DNA from: Oculina patagonica
Lineage: Eukaryota
Reading direction: 5' to 3'
DNA: 64,000 nucleotides
NCBI RefSeq assembly: GCF_052425735.1
Contig: NC_135758.1
Span: 24,304,001 to 24,368,000 of the forward strand
The position numbers were made by a program, and so were the translations under genes. The notes under the pieces were generated by a model. It did no database searches, was not told the DNA's origin, and saw only the letters and a program-made list of their open reading frames with translations. Shown piece after piece: positions 1 to 11,400 of this stretch. Numbering within the stretch: position 1 is the first letter of the stretch; every line of letters begins with the position of its first letter.

Positions 1-3000
1 GAAGATAAAACTTACGAATCGAAGGCCTCAGGGGAAAATGCTTCGTACCAGCCTGAAGACTCTAAAGAAATTTCATCGGACGACCAGGGAAAAATTAAGA
101 AACCTGCTGATGTCAACACAACACTACGCAACAAAATGGAACAGTTATCAAAAAAAGTAGGCAGAGAACTTGCAGAGGAGCTAATGAGGTCTCCCGAAGA
201 TGAAGACAACGAAGTTAAAGCAGTAGTCACCTTTGGATCTGTACGGGACCTTGACGCTTTTGACGACTTAGTCGCAGGGAGAGCAACAATAGCCCAGGTT
301 TTGGAAAGTTACGAGAAACAATTAAAAAGAACATCACAAGATGGGAAAGTTGATTTCAGTCGACCGCTTGTCGAGAGTCGCATTGTAAAAGAGGACATAA
401 AATGTGCCCAGTTGCTGCGTGCCAATGAATATGCACCAAACGCTTTGTGTATGCCAAGTGATCAATTCGCAGTCGAGGAGGAAATCTGTGATTTTAGCGA
501 GGTGGAGGTTGTTAGCCATTTCAAATTTCCCAATTTTGATGACAACTTGGTACACGACCAAGACGAAATGGCCTCTAGTAAACCAAATGCTGGCGTGAAT
601 AAGACTGAGGACCGCGTAGTTCCAGGCGATCTGGATCTGAGCGCTTTAGAGGACCTAATTTTAATGGAGCCGCAAATCATGTCAAATCCCGACGAATCAC
701 TGCTTTTGTGCCAGGATAGCGAAATAGTTCAAGAGGAAATCATCAAAGTAGAGGTTCCCATGCATGAAGAGCACTTTAATTCTGAGTACATGGAAAAGCT
801 TTTTGGCAGTGAAATTCCGGTGGTAGAGATAGGGGATCAGTGCGTAGATAGGGATTCAAGTTGGGCCGAAACATATTTAAACGAAACAACACCAGAGACA
901 AGTGCACATGATAAATACGAGTTGGAGAGTCTCAAAAACAAAGTCAAAGAGCTAGAGAAAGAACTCGAGGAAGAGAAAAGTTTGAAAGAGAAGTACGAAA
1001 AAGATGTTCAAGATCTGCTAAAAGACATTGTTGACCTCAAAATGAAACAAGCAGGAGACGATGACGAAGAAACACCAGACGAGACACGTCAACGAATAAA
1101 AGAAGAGATCGAGTTAAAACAGGACAACAAACGACTTCAGGAGGACTTAAGAAAGGAAAAGAAGAGACGACTATCCATAGAGGAAAGCAAAAGGGACTTG
1201 CTAGATGAAGTAGACGGCTTGATGAGAGAAAAAGAAATGCTTCTTAAACAACAAAATGGCGCTAAAGATAGTGAAAAACTGTTAGAAGACATGATCAATT
1301 TAAGGAAGAAACTTGGAGAACTAGACACAGAAAATAAACAATTAAAGAAAGAAGTTAAAGAACTGAAAGAAGCATTAAGTGAAGTGGTGGTCACTCACGA
1401 TGACGAGAAAAATAAACTATTGGCGGATTGCGAGAAAGAGAAGTCTGAGATGATGGAAGAACTGGTGGCTTCAAAGATCGAGCTTGAAACTCAGCTACAA
1501 GAGCTGCTAGGAATGAATGACGATCTTAAAGGAACTATAAAAAATCTTCAAGAGGAACTTAAAGAGTCAAGTGAAAGGCTAGCTACAGAAGGAGAAGTTC
1601 AAGACCATAACGAATGCACAGACGCCGAAATAAACAATAATGACGAAGACAATGTTTCTTTGATGCAGAAATTGAAACAGTTGGAACTAGAAGCAAACGA
1701 AAACGAAAGAAATCTTCTATACGAAAAAGAGAAAAATGAGAGGCTAAAAGAACAACTTGACGAAACAGAAAATGCACTAAAGCAGACCTTGACCAAGTAT
1801 CAAGACGAAATTAAATCCATAGAGACAGAGAAAGCAAAGCAAGAGGATGAACTGCGAAAAGAAATCGAAATTTTAGTCAACAAGCTTGAGTTAGAGAAGG
1901 CGTCAGCTGAGCAAAAACAAAAGGACTTCGAAGAAGTTGTTCAAAGGGAAAAAGAGCGTTTGAAAGAAGATATAGAAACAGAACACGAAAGAGAGAAGAA
2001 GAAATTACAGCATGACTTTGAAGACAAAGAAGAGGAACTAAATAGGCAAGGAAAGAGGCGTTCAGCACAATTACAAGACCAGGGGGTACAATGGAAGCAA
2101 GAAAGGGAAGAACTGCAAGCAATATTTCGTGCGGAGAAAGAAAAACTACAAAAAGCGTTTGACGACGAATTAAAAATAAAAATAAATGAAAATGACGAGA
2201 AACACAAACAAACAAATGAAGAAATGAATCGCAAGTTTGCCAAAGAGAAAAAGGAAATCAAGGCGACTATTGAGAAAAAGATCTACGAACAGTTACTTGA
2301 TAAAAATATGGCTGCGGAAAGTGACTTCCAAGAAGTCCTTTCTAAAATTTTGCAAGAGCATGCTAAAGAGATCGAAGGTGTGGAGAACGACATACGGAAG
2401 GCTGAGGAAAGGTTTAAGGAAGACAAGAACAAACTGATTGAACAAAGTGACAGCGAGAAAGAAGCTTTAAAGAAATTACACGAAGAAGAAAAGAAGGCCC
2501 TTGAATCCACAGTTCAGAACCTTCTAAAGGAAGTCGTTAAGCTGAAGCAACAAAGAAAAGAAATCAGAATGATTCACAAAAAGGAGAAAGAAGCTATGGA
2601 AGAAATTTACGAAAGAGATCGACTAAAGCTTAAGGACGATTGGGAACAGTACAAGAGAGATCTGTTAAGCAAACTTCAAGAAGACTTTGACAGCAAATTA
2701 GCAAACGAGACAACGAAGCTTGAAACAAGGTTAGAAGATATGAAACAAGAACTGAACAAATCGGAACAAAAGAGAAAAGAACTAGAGGATCGCTTGAAAG
2801 GAAGTGCCATTGATAGTGAGCATGTTAGATCCTACGAAGAAGCAAAAGGCGACAAGACTGACAAAGACGACGAAGCACATTCAGGGGAACTAAAGTCCAT
2901 GAAGAAAAGCTTGGAAGATGAATACGACAAGAAGCTCAAAGAAGAAAAGCTTAAGTTTGAAGAAACGTTGCAAGGCTTACGGCGTGAAATTGGAAACTTG

Positions 3001-5658
3001 CAAGAAAAGCGAAAGCTTATTCAAGATAAGATCTACAATCAAGATCCTTCTCTTGTGGACAGGAATTTAATGGAGAAGAGCATTGCAAATTACAAAATGG
3101 AGATGCTATCGAAAATGGAAGAAGAACTAACACAGAAGATAGCTCGCGAGAAGAAGCCTCTCGAAGAGACAATTAAAGAACAACAGCTAGAAATCGATGA
3201 TTTAAAGCGTCAACGCTGGGAACTGCGGAACCAGATAAGGCGGGAGCGGTCCAAACTAGAGGAAGAGTTTGAAATTGAGAGGGAAAGAATGGAAAACCAG
3301 TTCTTAAAGGATAAAGAAGAGCTGAAAAGCAAGCTGGAGACTAGATTGCAACGAGAGATGTCAAAGAGAGCTATGGAAGACAAAGTTAGCAGAACTCTCA
3401 GTCCGATTTCTAACGTAAGTATATTGACAAAATTCTGAGAATGAAACCAGAAAATGAATGAGATAAAATTAAGCGCAAAACCTGAGTTTTGCTCCTTGGC
3501 ACACTTGCAATTTCATGATACAAAAAACCCGGCTAAATTACCGTATATTAAGGAAGATTCAAGTTCATAGTATGGAAAAAAGACGAGCGAGCAAAGTTTG
3601 ACTCCCATGCCTATTGCATTGTATATACCATTCTGATACTATTGTCCATACCGTTAAATGGTCATTTCGCCTGTAATGTTTCTGTTCTAGGAGTCACCTT
3701 ATAATCCACAAGAATCACCACGGAGGCTCAGGTCTGAAAACTTGTCTCTCAGAGACGATAATCAACGCCTTGAATTAGAAGTTAGACAGTTGACGTGCAA
3801 ACTTGAAGCCTTGGAGTCCAGTTTTGAAGGAGTCATGTCTTCGGAAAAGATTAAGGTACGATCTCCTTAAACTTTGTTACTGTCAGTAATTTCTGTTACC
3901 GCATTTTCAACATTCATATCATTTAGGCTACACTTATACAGAAAAAGCAATGTGAGTAAGCAAACAAAAGAAAGTCCACCCACATTTCTTGGCCGGAATT
4001 TGTGCCTATATTAACAGCGGAAGAAACAAAGAGCATACTTATCAGTGCTTCATGCATCCTTGGTCCAATACTTGACTTCATACTGATGATCAGATTGATA
4101 ATCATTCTTTTCCTTGTATCAGAGAATGTTTTAATAAAATAAAATAACAAGCTGAAAAATTCTGGTCTGTATGCAATCGAATCCCGGTTTCTTGAACCAC
4201 CAAGGGAAACGAAAATTGGTTCGAGAAATCGGAAACTCGAAGAATCGAGGGTTAAATGAGGGTCTGAATGGGGGGTCCACATGTCGGTAGTCAGTTAAAA
4301 TTTTTTTTCGTGTAGTTATTTTTTTGCCTGTCGCTGGTCGGTATTGGAGGATCCTGTTTCAGTTTTTTTTTTGTCGTTGTCGGTTTTTCGCCCTTTGTCA
4401 GTAGCCGGTTAACCCCATTTAGGACCCTCTTAAATTGCAGCTTTCGACTAAGTGGGGCGAAGCCAAGGAAAACGACCTTAATTTCTGTCTGCAAAAAAAG
4501 CATCTAACAGCTTGATAAAAATGCGGCACATCCTATAAATTCTCGTACGTGTATTGATTATACACAATTTAAGTGACTGCTTTTTTACAGTAAATGCTGG
4601 ACTGTAAGAAAGTCAGTTAAAATAAATGCTAAGACATACGTCACACTTAGGTTTAACGGTTTGCTTTAAATTGCAGTTTGAAAGAATGAGACGAATTCAA
4701 GAAAAAATGCCCAAGAAGGTAAGTAAAAAAAAACATGAGAGGGTGATTAAAGTAGGGTCCATATTATGCTTCATGTAAAGTTCACTTTTTTTTATCCAGT
4801 TTATGATCTTTCACGTGATAACAGGTGGCAGTCACAGTTAACTGCAAAATAAGAACTCGATTCCCTCCTGAAATAGGTCCTTCGCAGAACCTAGTCACGT
4901 GACTTTTTAACTCATGCCAGAAATCAAAAGAGCGTAATGGAATGAGTAGGTTGGTCAATTGTGAATTTAGAAGATTTGTATGAAACAAAAGGTGGGCATG
5001 GTTGTTGAAAGGATAGATAACACTATGTCTTGTACATAGTGTAGCTCGTTTTGTTAACATGTATACACTGGATGACGACTTATCCGATAGATAAATAAGC
5101 GTTATCCACCCTTTAAAAAACAAGGCGATGGATAGAAAGCTTGCCATCCAGCATACAAATAAAATCCTTTAAATTTATCAAACATTTTTAAAATCTCACA
5201 CTTAACCATCAAGGTCACGTGACAGGGCTCTATTAAGGGGCTAATATGTTGGTAAAAGGGGGCTCATTGGTACGATTAATGTGATTGGTTTCAGAGAGAA
5301 TTTCCTTTGATAAACTTCTAGTTGATAATAAACTAAATGCTTCGTTGCTATGTATTTTTTATTAAGGGCACTTTTTTCGATTAAGACTTATTGTTTTATT
5401 GTGTTCCAGTGTTCCTTTGTAATATTCTCTCGAATTCAATGATCTTTTTTTTTACAGGTTACTTTCTCGGAGGAAGTGGAGACAAGAATGATGGATTACA
5501 CAACAGGTGATGCAAATGAGACTGTACTACAAGAACTGCGAGAAAGGGACAATCAAGTCAGGCAACTATTGGAACAAAAAAGATATTACGAGGAAGTCCT
5601 GTCAGAGCTCTGTGAAGAAGCGGGACTCTTTGAACTTGACCAAAACGTTGTGATTTGA
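1..5658 (+). CDS. Giant Glu/Lys-rich coiled-coil protein, paralog 1 (5' end lies outside the window). Exons <1-3414, 3691-3855, 4677-4718, 5458-5658
   Basis: Frame 1 is open from base 1. Phase-0 GT-AG introns join in frame: AAC|GTAAGT at 3415, ttctag|GAG at 3691, AAG|GTACGA at 3856, ttgcag|TTT at 4677, AAG|GTAAGT at 4719, tttacag|GTT at 5458. An acidic head precedes ~800 aa of coiled coil; the protein ends ...DQNVVI*. Confidence 0.85.
4998..5122. mobile_element. Degenerate short MITE-like repeat (GGATA/TATCC motifs)
   Basis: GTTGTTGAAAGGATAGATAAC ... GTTATCCACCCTTTAAAAAAC form imperfect inverted ends. Confidence 0.4.
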
Positions 5659-7126
5659 TTAGCATGAACTAATATACAGTCAATATATTTTGCTCTCTGC
5701 CGTATAAAATTGTTAAAAACGTCTGTCATAAATTCAATTGTGCGCTATCTTAGCTACAAGTTTTGTTGATTAATTTATTTATTCACTTATTTATTCAGCC
5801 AAATATCTATTTTTAAGAAAGCACATTCGGTTTAATGGAAGGTCCCGTACGTTTTAAGTAATGATGTCTCACTGCAAAGACTTTTATTAAAGGTAGAGTA
5901 GGACAGCAGATACACGAAGACGTCTTTTTCTTATCTGTTACCATGCAAAAATTAATTTTAGTATTCATTTACATTAAAAACACAAATTGTAATAAGACTC
6001 AGTTGAAATCAATGTCTGCGAAAAAATTTTTAACTTTTTTATTGTTCCCCTTCTTCTTTTCTGTTAAATATTTTAAATTTTTTTTTTTTTTTAGGCCTTT
6101 TTTCCAAAAAAAATTTTAGACTCTTTTTCGGCAACCCATTTTAAATGTACTCTTGTTGGAATGACGCCATTTCCATGCACATATAATTCTCATGGCGTAA
6201 CGTTTACATGCACAAAAACGGTTTTCAGAATATATTACATAACAATTTAGTTTACGCTTTCGTGAGAAGATCGTTTATCTTAAAACGCTTGAAAAACGTG
6301 TGACAACATGCGTTAGTAGCACCTCTTTTGTACATTATTACTTACTTACTCCCCTATACCCCATCGGCGCTAGGGCGCTGCCCTTTTTTCTTATTTTTTT
6401 TTTTTTTTTTGTTTTTAACCCCTATAAAAACCCCCAACCCGGCCGCCCGGGTCCCTTCCCCCCCCCTCTTTGGGGTAGTTTTTCCCCCACCCGATTCAAA
6501 ACACACCACCCCCCCCCCCCCCCCACGCTTTGTACATTATGACGTTAATAATAGCTTCGCAAGATGTAAATAAATTAATTTAAATTGCACTGCGCTACTG
6601 CAAAATACAAAATTTGATATAAATATCAGGGAAACTCTCTTTTCAAGAAAGAGAGAATCAGTTGAAAGGCATTGAAGGCACTGCTTCAAAAATAGAAAGA
6701 TCATTTTTTTGTGATCAAACAAGGCACATATAACTTATATTGATATATATAACTTAAATTATATTGATGTTAAACTTGTCGCTTTGCATTGTAAATGTAA
6801 TTTTGTAACCTCCTAGAGGAAAGCAATAGGTAATAAAATGTTGGGCTAATTTCCTACTGGTTTTTTGATTATGTTTCTTAAAGTTAGCCGGTTGTTACCT
6901 TGTCAAACGTAAGTTCCTATGTGAATAATGGCCTAACTGACGCAACAAAAGGCAATTTTGAAAGTGAAGAGAAGAGAAGCTCCTATGAACTTGGTCTTCG
7001 ATATGGTTGGTTATTAACCCATGAAAACGTTTTCTTTGGCCTATTGTTTAACAACGTTTGCTTGCAGGCACCTTTTCCTTTTACATTCTGATACTGACTG
7101 GGCCAGTAATATATGAGGCTGTCATA

Positions 7127-7327
7127 TACCTTATTGTTGCTTATTTTCGCGGGAACTAATTTCGCGAAAATGGAACGAGCATATTTCCGATTTGGCCAAA
7201 AATACATAACTAACACAAAAAATACAATAGAAAACGGTTAAAACAATTTTTCCCGGGTCTGAAATTTGCGATTTTTTAAAATCGCAACGCAAAATTAAGT
7301 CCCGCAAAAATAAGTAACAATAAGGTA
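7127..7327. mobile_element. MITE with ~28-bp imperfect terminal inverted repeats
   Basis: TACCTTATTGTTGCTTATTTTCGCGGGA ... TCCCGCAAAAATAAGTAACAATAAGGTA, with TA at both ends. Confidence 0.7.
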
Positions 7328-8433
7328 TTAATTATACGTTTATTTTCCAAATTCCCTGTCAACAGGTTTTTTTCTAGCACATTTGTTGCTAGAATTCCCT
7401 TTATGGCCATTGCCATCTCCAATGCTAGAAGCTCTCAGGCAACCTTTACAGACTAAAACAAAACTTAGTAACCAAGGTAAATGGCCACAGTCACTTCCGG
7501 TGAAAGGCAGTGAATCTGGTAACAAATCTTGTTTCCGTGCCCGAATGAATTTATTCTGTAATCGAATCGATTTCGGCCAAGGTCAAGTAAATCCAAGCCA
7601 GATACTTGTGACAACCAAAGTTTGGCAAGTAATGTTCCATAAATTTCGATTGTGCAAAGAAGCGCTGTGGTTTTTACCTGCCTTTTGTTTTCTGTCATAA
7701 AATTTAGGACGCTTTTGCATAATTAACCAATTAACCACAGAAATATCGAGAGCTACCTGCCGATAAACTTTGAAGCTTTAAAATAATAAATTTGGGACGT
7801 TATTTAATTTGAAAGCATGAAGGCAAACACACACAAAGAAAGAATATCGCAAACAAAATTTTTTTATTCAAACGTTTATCAATTTGTATTATATAGGAAC
7901 ATTTTTTGGTTGTGGAACGATGACTAGTGAAAATTTAATTCAAACTTCACTGACAGAACGTATAAATCAAGGAAAATTGACCCCTCGCCTAATGGCGCAC
8001 TCTTTTATGAGATTTATCACATTGATCCACGTTTATCTAGAACCTGTAAAATGGACTTAAAATCTTAAAGCATCTGCAAGTACCAAACACCAGCAAATAA
8101 TGATAGAAACCGATAACTGGGAAATGTTTGGTAAAATTGATTTGCTGACATGACAACGTATCAACATTTTACCGGTGGCAAGTTAAAACAACTCCTAAGG
8201 AAACAAAATGTATGCCCAGCATAACAGACCTTCAAGGTAAGGCAGTCGGAGTTCGGATCCTTCTGTGATTTTATCATGATTCCTTTACAATGTATTGCTC
8301 TAAACTAGACGGATAGGCAAGTCGAAAGCCCGTTTTGACGAATCAGAGCAAATTCTATACAAAGGGAAAATCTTTCTCCACTGCTGTGAAATCTTTTTGT
8401 GCGGTAAATCTGTTTTATAAACAACAAAGCAAA

Positions 8434-11400
8434 ATGGTAGACAAAACCTTGCAGGTGATTCAAACCGAGAACACTCCAGCTGAAAATAATATTAATGGAG
8501 AGGCCGCCACTAGTAAGCAGGGTTTGTTAGAAAATGGATCCATTGAAATGAGTTCTGAAGAGATTTCGTTTCAAATGGAGGGTCAAATGCTTGAGGGCCA
8601 GATTGAAATTCAAAATGGGGGATTTATTGAGATGACATCTGAAATGATGGCTACAAATATGGACCCTCAAATGCAGTTACAGATGATAGGTGAACAACAA
8701 ATAAGTTCTATTGAAATGAACGGGGAAGGAATGCCGATCATGATGCAGTCACAGGGGATGAACGGGGTACAGTATCAAATGATTGATGGACAGCAATTTA
8801 TAGGGGGAGATAGTTCGGGGCAAATGCAGAATATGTCCTTTCAGTCAGAAGGAGGTGTCATTCAAGGAACATCGATGGCATACGGTGAAACTCAAATGCT
8901 CGACATGACGGCGCAAGGGATGAATAGTGGTGTGGCGCAAGGACAACTAGCTAACGGGCAGATGCTTGAGATGCAGTTAGAAGGAGGCGTTATTCAAGGA
9001 ACTGCGACAGGATATGGAGAAACACAAGTATTAGAGATGGCAGCGCAAGGGATGAATGGTTCTGGAACACAATCACAACAAATAATGACACAAGAAATGG
9101 CACTTGGAAGCAATGGCCAAATAATGCTAGCCGAAGGGATGTCAATGCAACAAAGTGAAATGACAATGCAAGAAATGCCACTAGAAATGACTGGACAACA
9201 ACTTCAGATGCAAGAAATGACTATGCAAGGAATGACTGTGGAAGGGATGAATATGGAAGGAATGTCTATGCAAGAAATGTCTATGGGAGGTATGTCTATG
9301 GAGGGAATGTCTATACAAGAAATGTCGATGGGAGGTATGTCCATGGAAGGAATGTCTATGCAAGAAATGTCTATGGGAGGTATGTCTACGGAAGGGATGT
9401 CCATGCAAGAAATGTCTATGGGAGGTATGTCTATGGAAGGAATGCCTGCGGAAGGGATGTCTATGCAAGAAATGTCCATGGAAGGAATGCCTATGCAAGA
9501 AATGTCTATGGGAGGTATGTCTATGGAAGGGAATGTCTATGCAAGAAATGTCGATGGGAGGTATGTCTATGGAAGGGATGTCTATGCAAGAAATGTATAT
9601 GGGAGGTATGTCTACGGAAGGGATGTCTATGCAAGAAATGTCTATGGGAGGTATGTCTATGGAAGGGATGTCTGTGGAAGGGATGTCTATGCAAGAAATG
9701 TCTATGGAAGGAATGCCTATGCAAGAAATGTCTATGGGAGGTATGTCTATGGAAGGAATGTCTATGCAAGAAATGTCTACGGAAGGAATGTCTATGGAAG
9801 GGATGTCTATGCAAGAAATGTCTATGGGAGGTATGTCTATGCAAGAAATGTCCACGGAAGGAATGTCTATGGAAGGGATGTCTATGCAAGAAATGTCTAT
9901 GGGAGGCATGTCTATTCAAGAAATGCCATTGGAAATGCAAAGTCAGGAGATTGGGTCTGTGGAAGGAGGAGATATACAAGAGCAACAGTTTCAGATGAGC
10001 GAAATGTCAATGCAGGAGATGCCGCTTGAAATGGGTGAAATGACAATGCAAGAAATGCCACTCGAGATGACCGGGGAAGAAATACAGATGCAAGAAATGT
10101 CTATGCAAGAAATGCCATTGGAAATGCAAAGTCAAGAAATTGCATTTGTGGAAGGAGGCGAGATTCAAGAACAGCAACTTGAAATGGGTGAAATGACAAT
10201 GCAAGAAATGCCACTCGAGATGACCGGGGAAGAAATACAGATTCAAGAAATGTCTATGCAAGAAATGCCATTGGAAATGCAAAATCAAGAAATTGCATTT
10301 GTTGAAGGAGGCGAGATTCAAGAACAACAACTTGAAATGGGTGAAATGACATTGCAAGAAATGCCACTTGAGATGACTGGGGAAGAAATACAGATTCAAG
10401 AAATGTCTATGCAAGAAATGCCATTGGAAATGAAAAGTCAAGAAATTGCATTTGTGGAAGGAGGCGAGATTCAAGAAGAACAACTTGAAATGAGTGAAAT
10501 GACAATACAAGAAATGCCATTCGAGATGACTGGGGAAGAAATTCAGACTCAAGAAATGACAATGCAAGAAATACCACTCGAAATGACTGGGGAAGAAATT
10601 CAGACCCAAGAAATGACAATGCAAGAAATGCCACTTGAAATGACTGGGGAAGAAATTCAGACTCAAGAAATGACAATGCAAGAAACGCCACTCGAAATGA
10701 CCGGGGAAGAAATTCAGACTCAAGAAATGACAATGCAAGAAATGCCACTCGAAATGACTAAGGAAGAAATTCAGACTCAAGAAATGTCAACGCAAGAAAT
10801 GCCATTAGAAATAACAAGTCACGAAATTGCGTTCGTGGAGGGCGGTGACATAAAAGAAAACCAGATAGCCACGGAAGAGAAAACGGTACAAGATATGCCA
10901 TCAGAAGAAGTTGAAAAGCCACTATCGACGAGTGAAGAAAACTCCTTGGAAATAAAGAGCGAGGAAATTAGCTACACGCCTGAAAGCAAGATTCAGGAAC
11001 AACAGTTGCCTAAGGAAGAGGGTACAATTAGAAGAAATACCATTAGACACAAATGAAATTCAAGAGGAGCCGTTGCCTGTGGAAGAGAAAACAGAGGAAG
11101 CATTTGTATCGAATATCGGTTCCTTTGAGCCTATCGCAGAATCTACCTGGAGCGTCGAGGTAGTAGGAACCATAGAAGAACAAGAACCCGAACAAAGCTG
11201 GAGCATGGAAGTGATTGGAACTATAGACGAAAAAGGAACTGACCAAAATTGGACTGTAGAAGAAGTTGGAGTTATCGACTCCAATGAAGTCAGTAAAGAT
11301 ACTACTGTACAGGAGAGTGAAAAGAAACCTGATCACATTACTGAAACTACAAAAATACCTGATAAACCAGATAAAACACAAAAAGAACCAGAAAAAAGTT

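Noticed and set aside
1137-2510. Ser/Phe/Leu-rich minus-strand ORFs opposite the coiled-coil genes (also at 23.3-27.8 kb)
   Set aside because: Expected antisense open frames of GAA/AAA-rich coding sequence.
6040-6575. Pro/Phe-rich ORFs at 6300 and 6328
   Set aside because: Derived from long poly-T and poly-C runs in what looks like low-quality or low-complexity sequence.
9160-9920. CRISPR-like appearance of the short repeats
   Set aside because: Head-to-tail coding repeats without unique spacers, in a eukaryotic context with no cas genes.
9181-10780. Long minus-strand ORFs rich in His or DIPSI repeats
   Set aside because: They are antisense shadows of the coding 15-nt repeat, which lacks stops in those frames; no independent gene signals.
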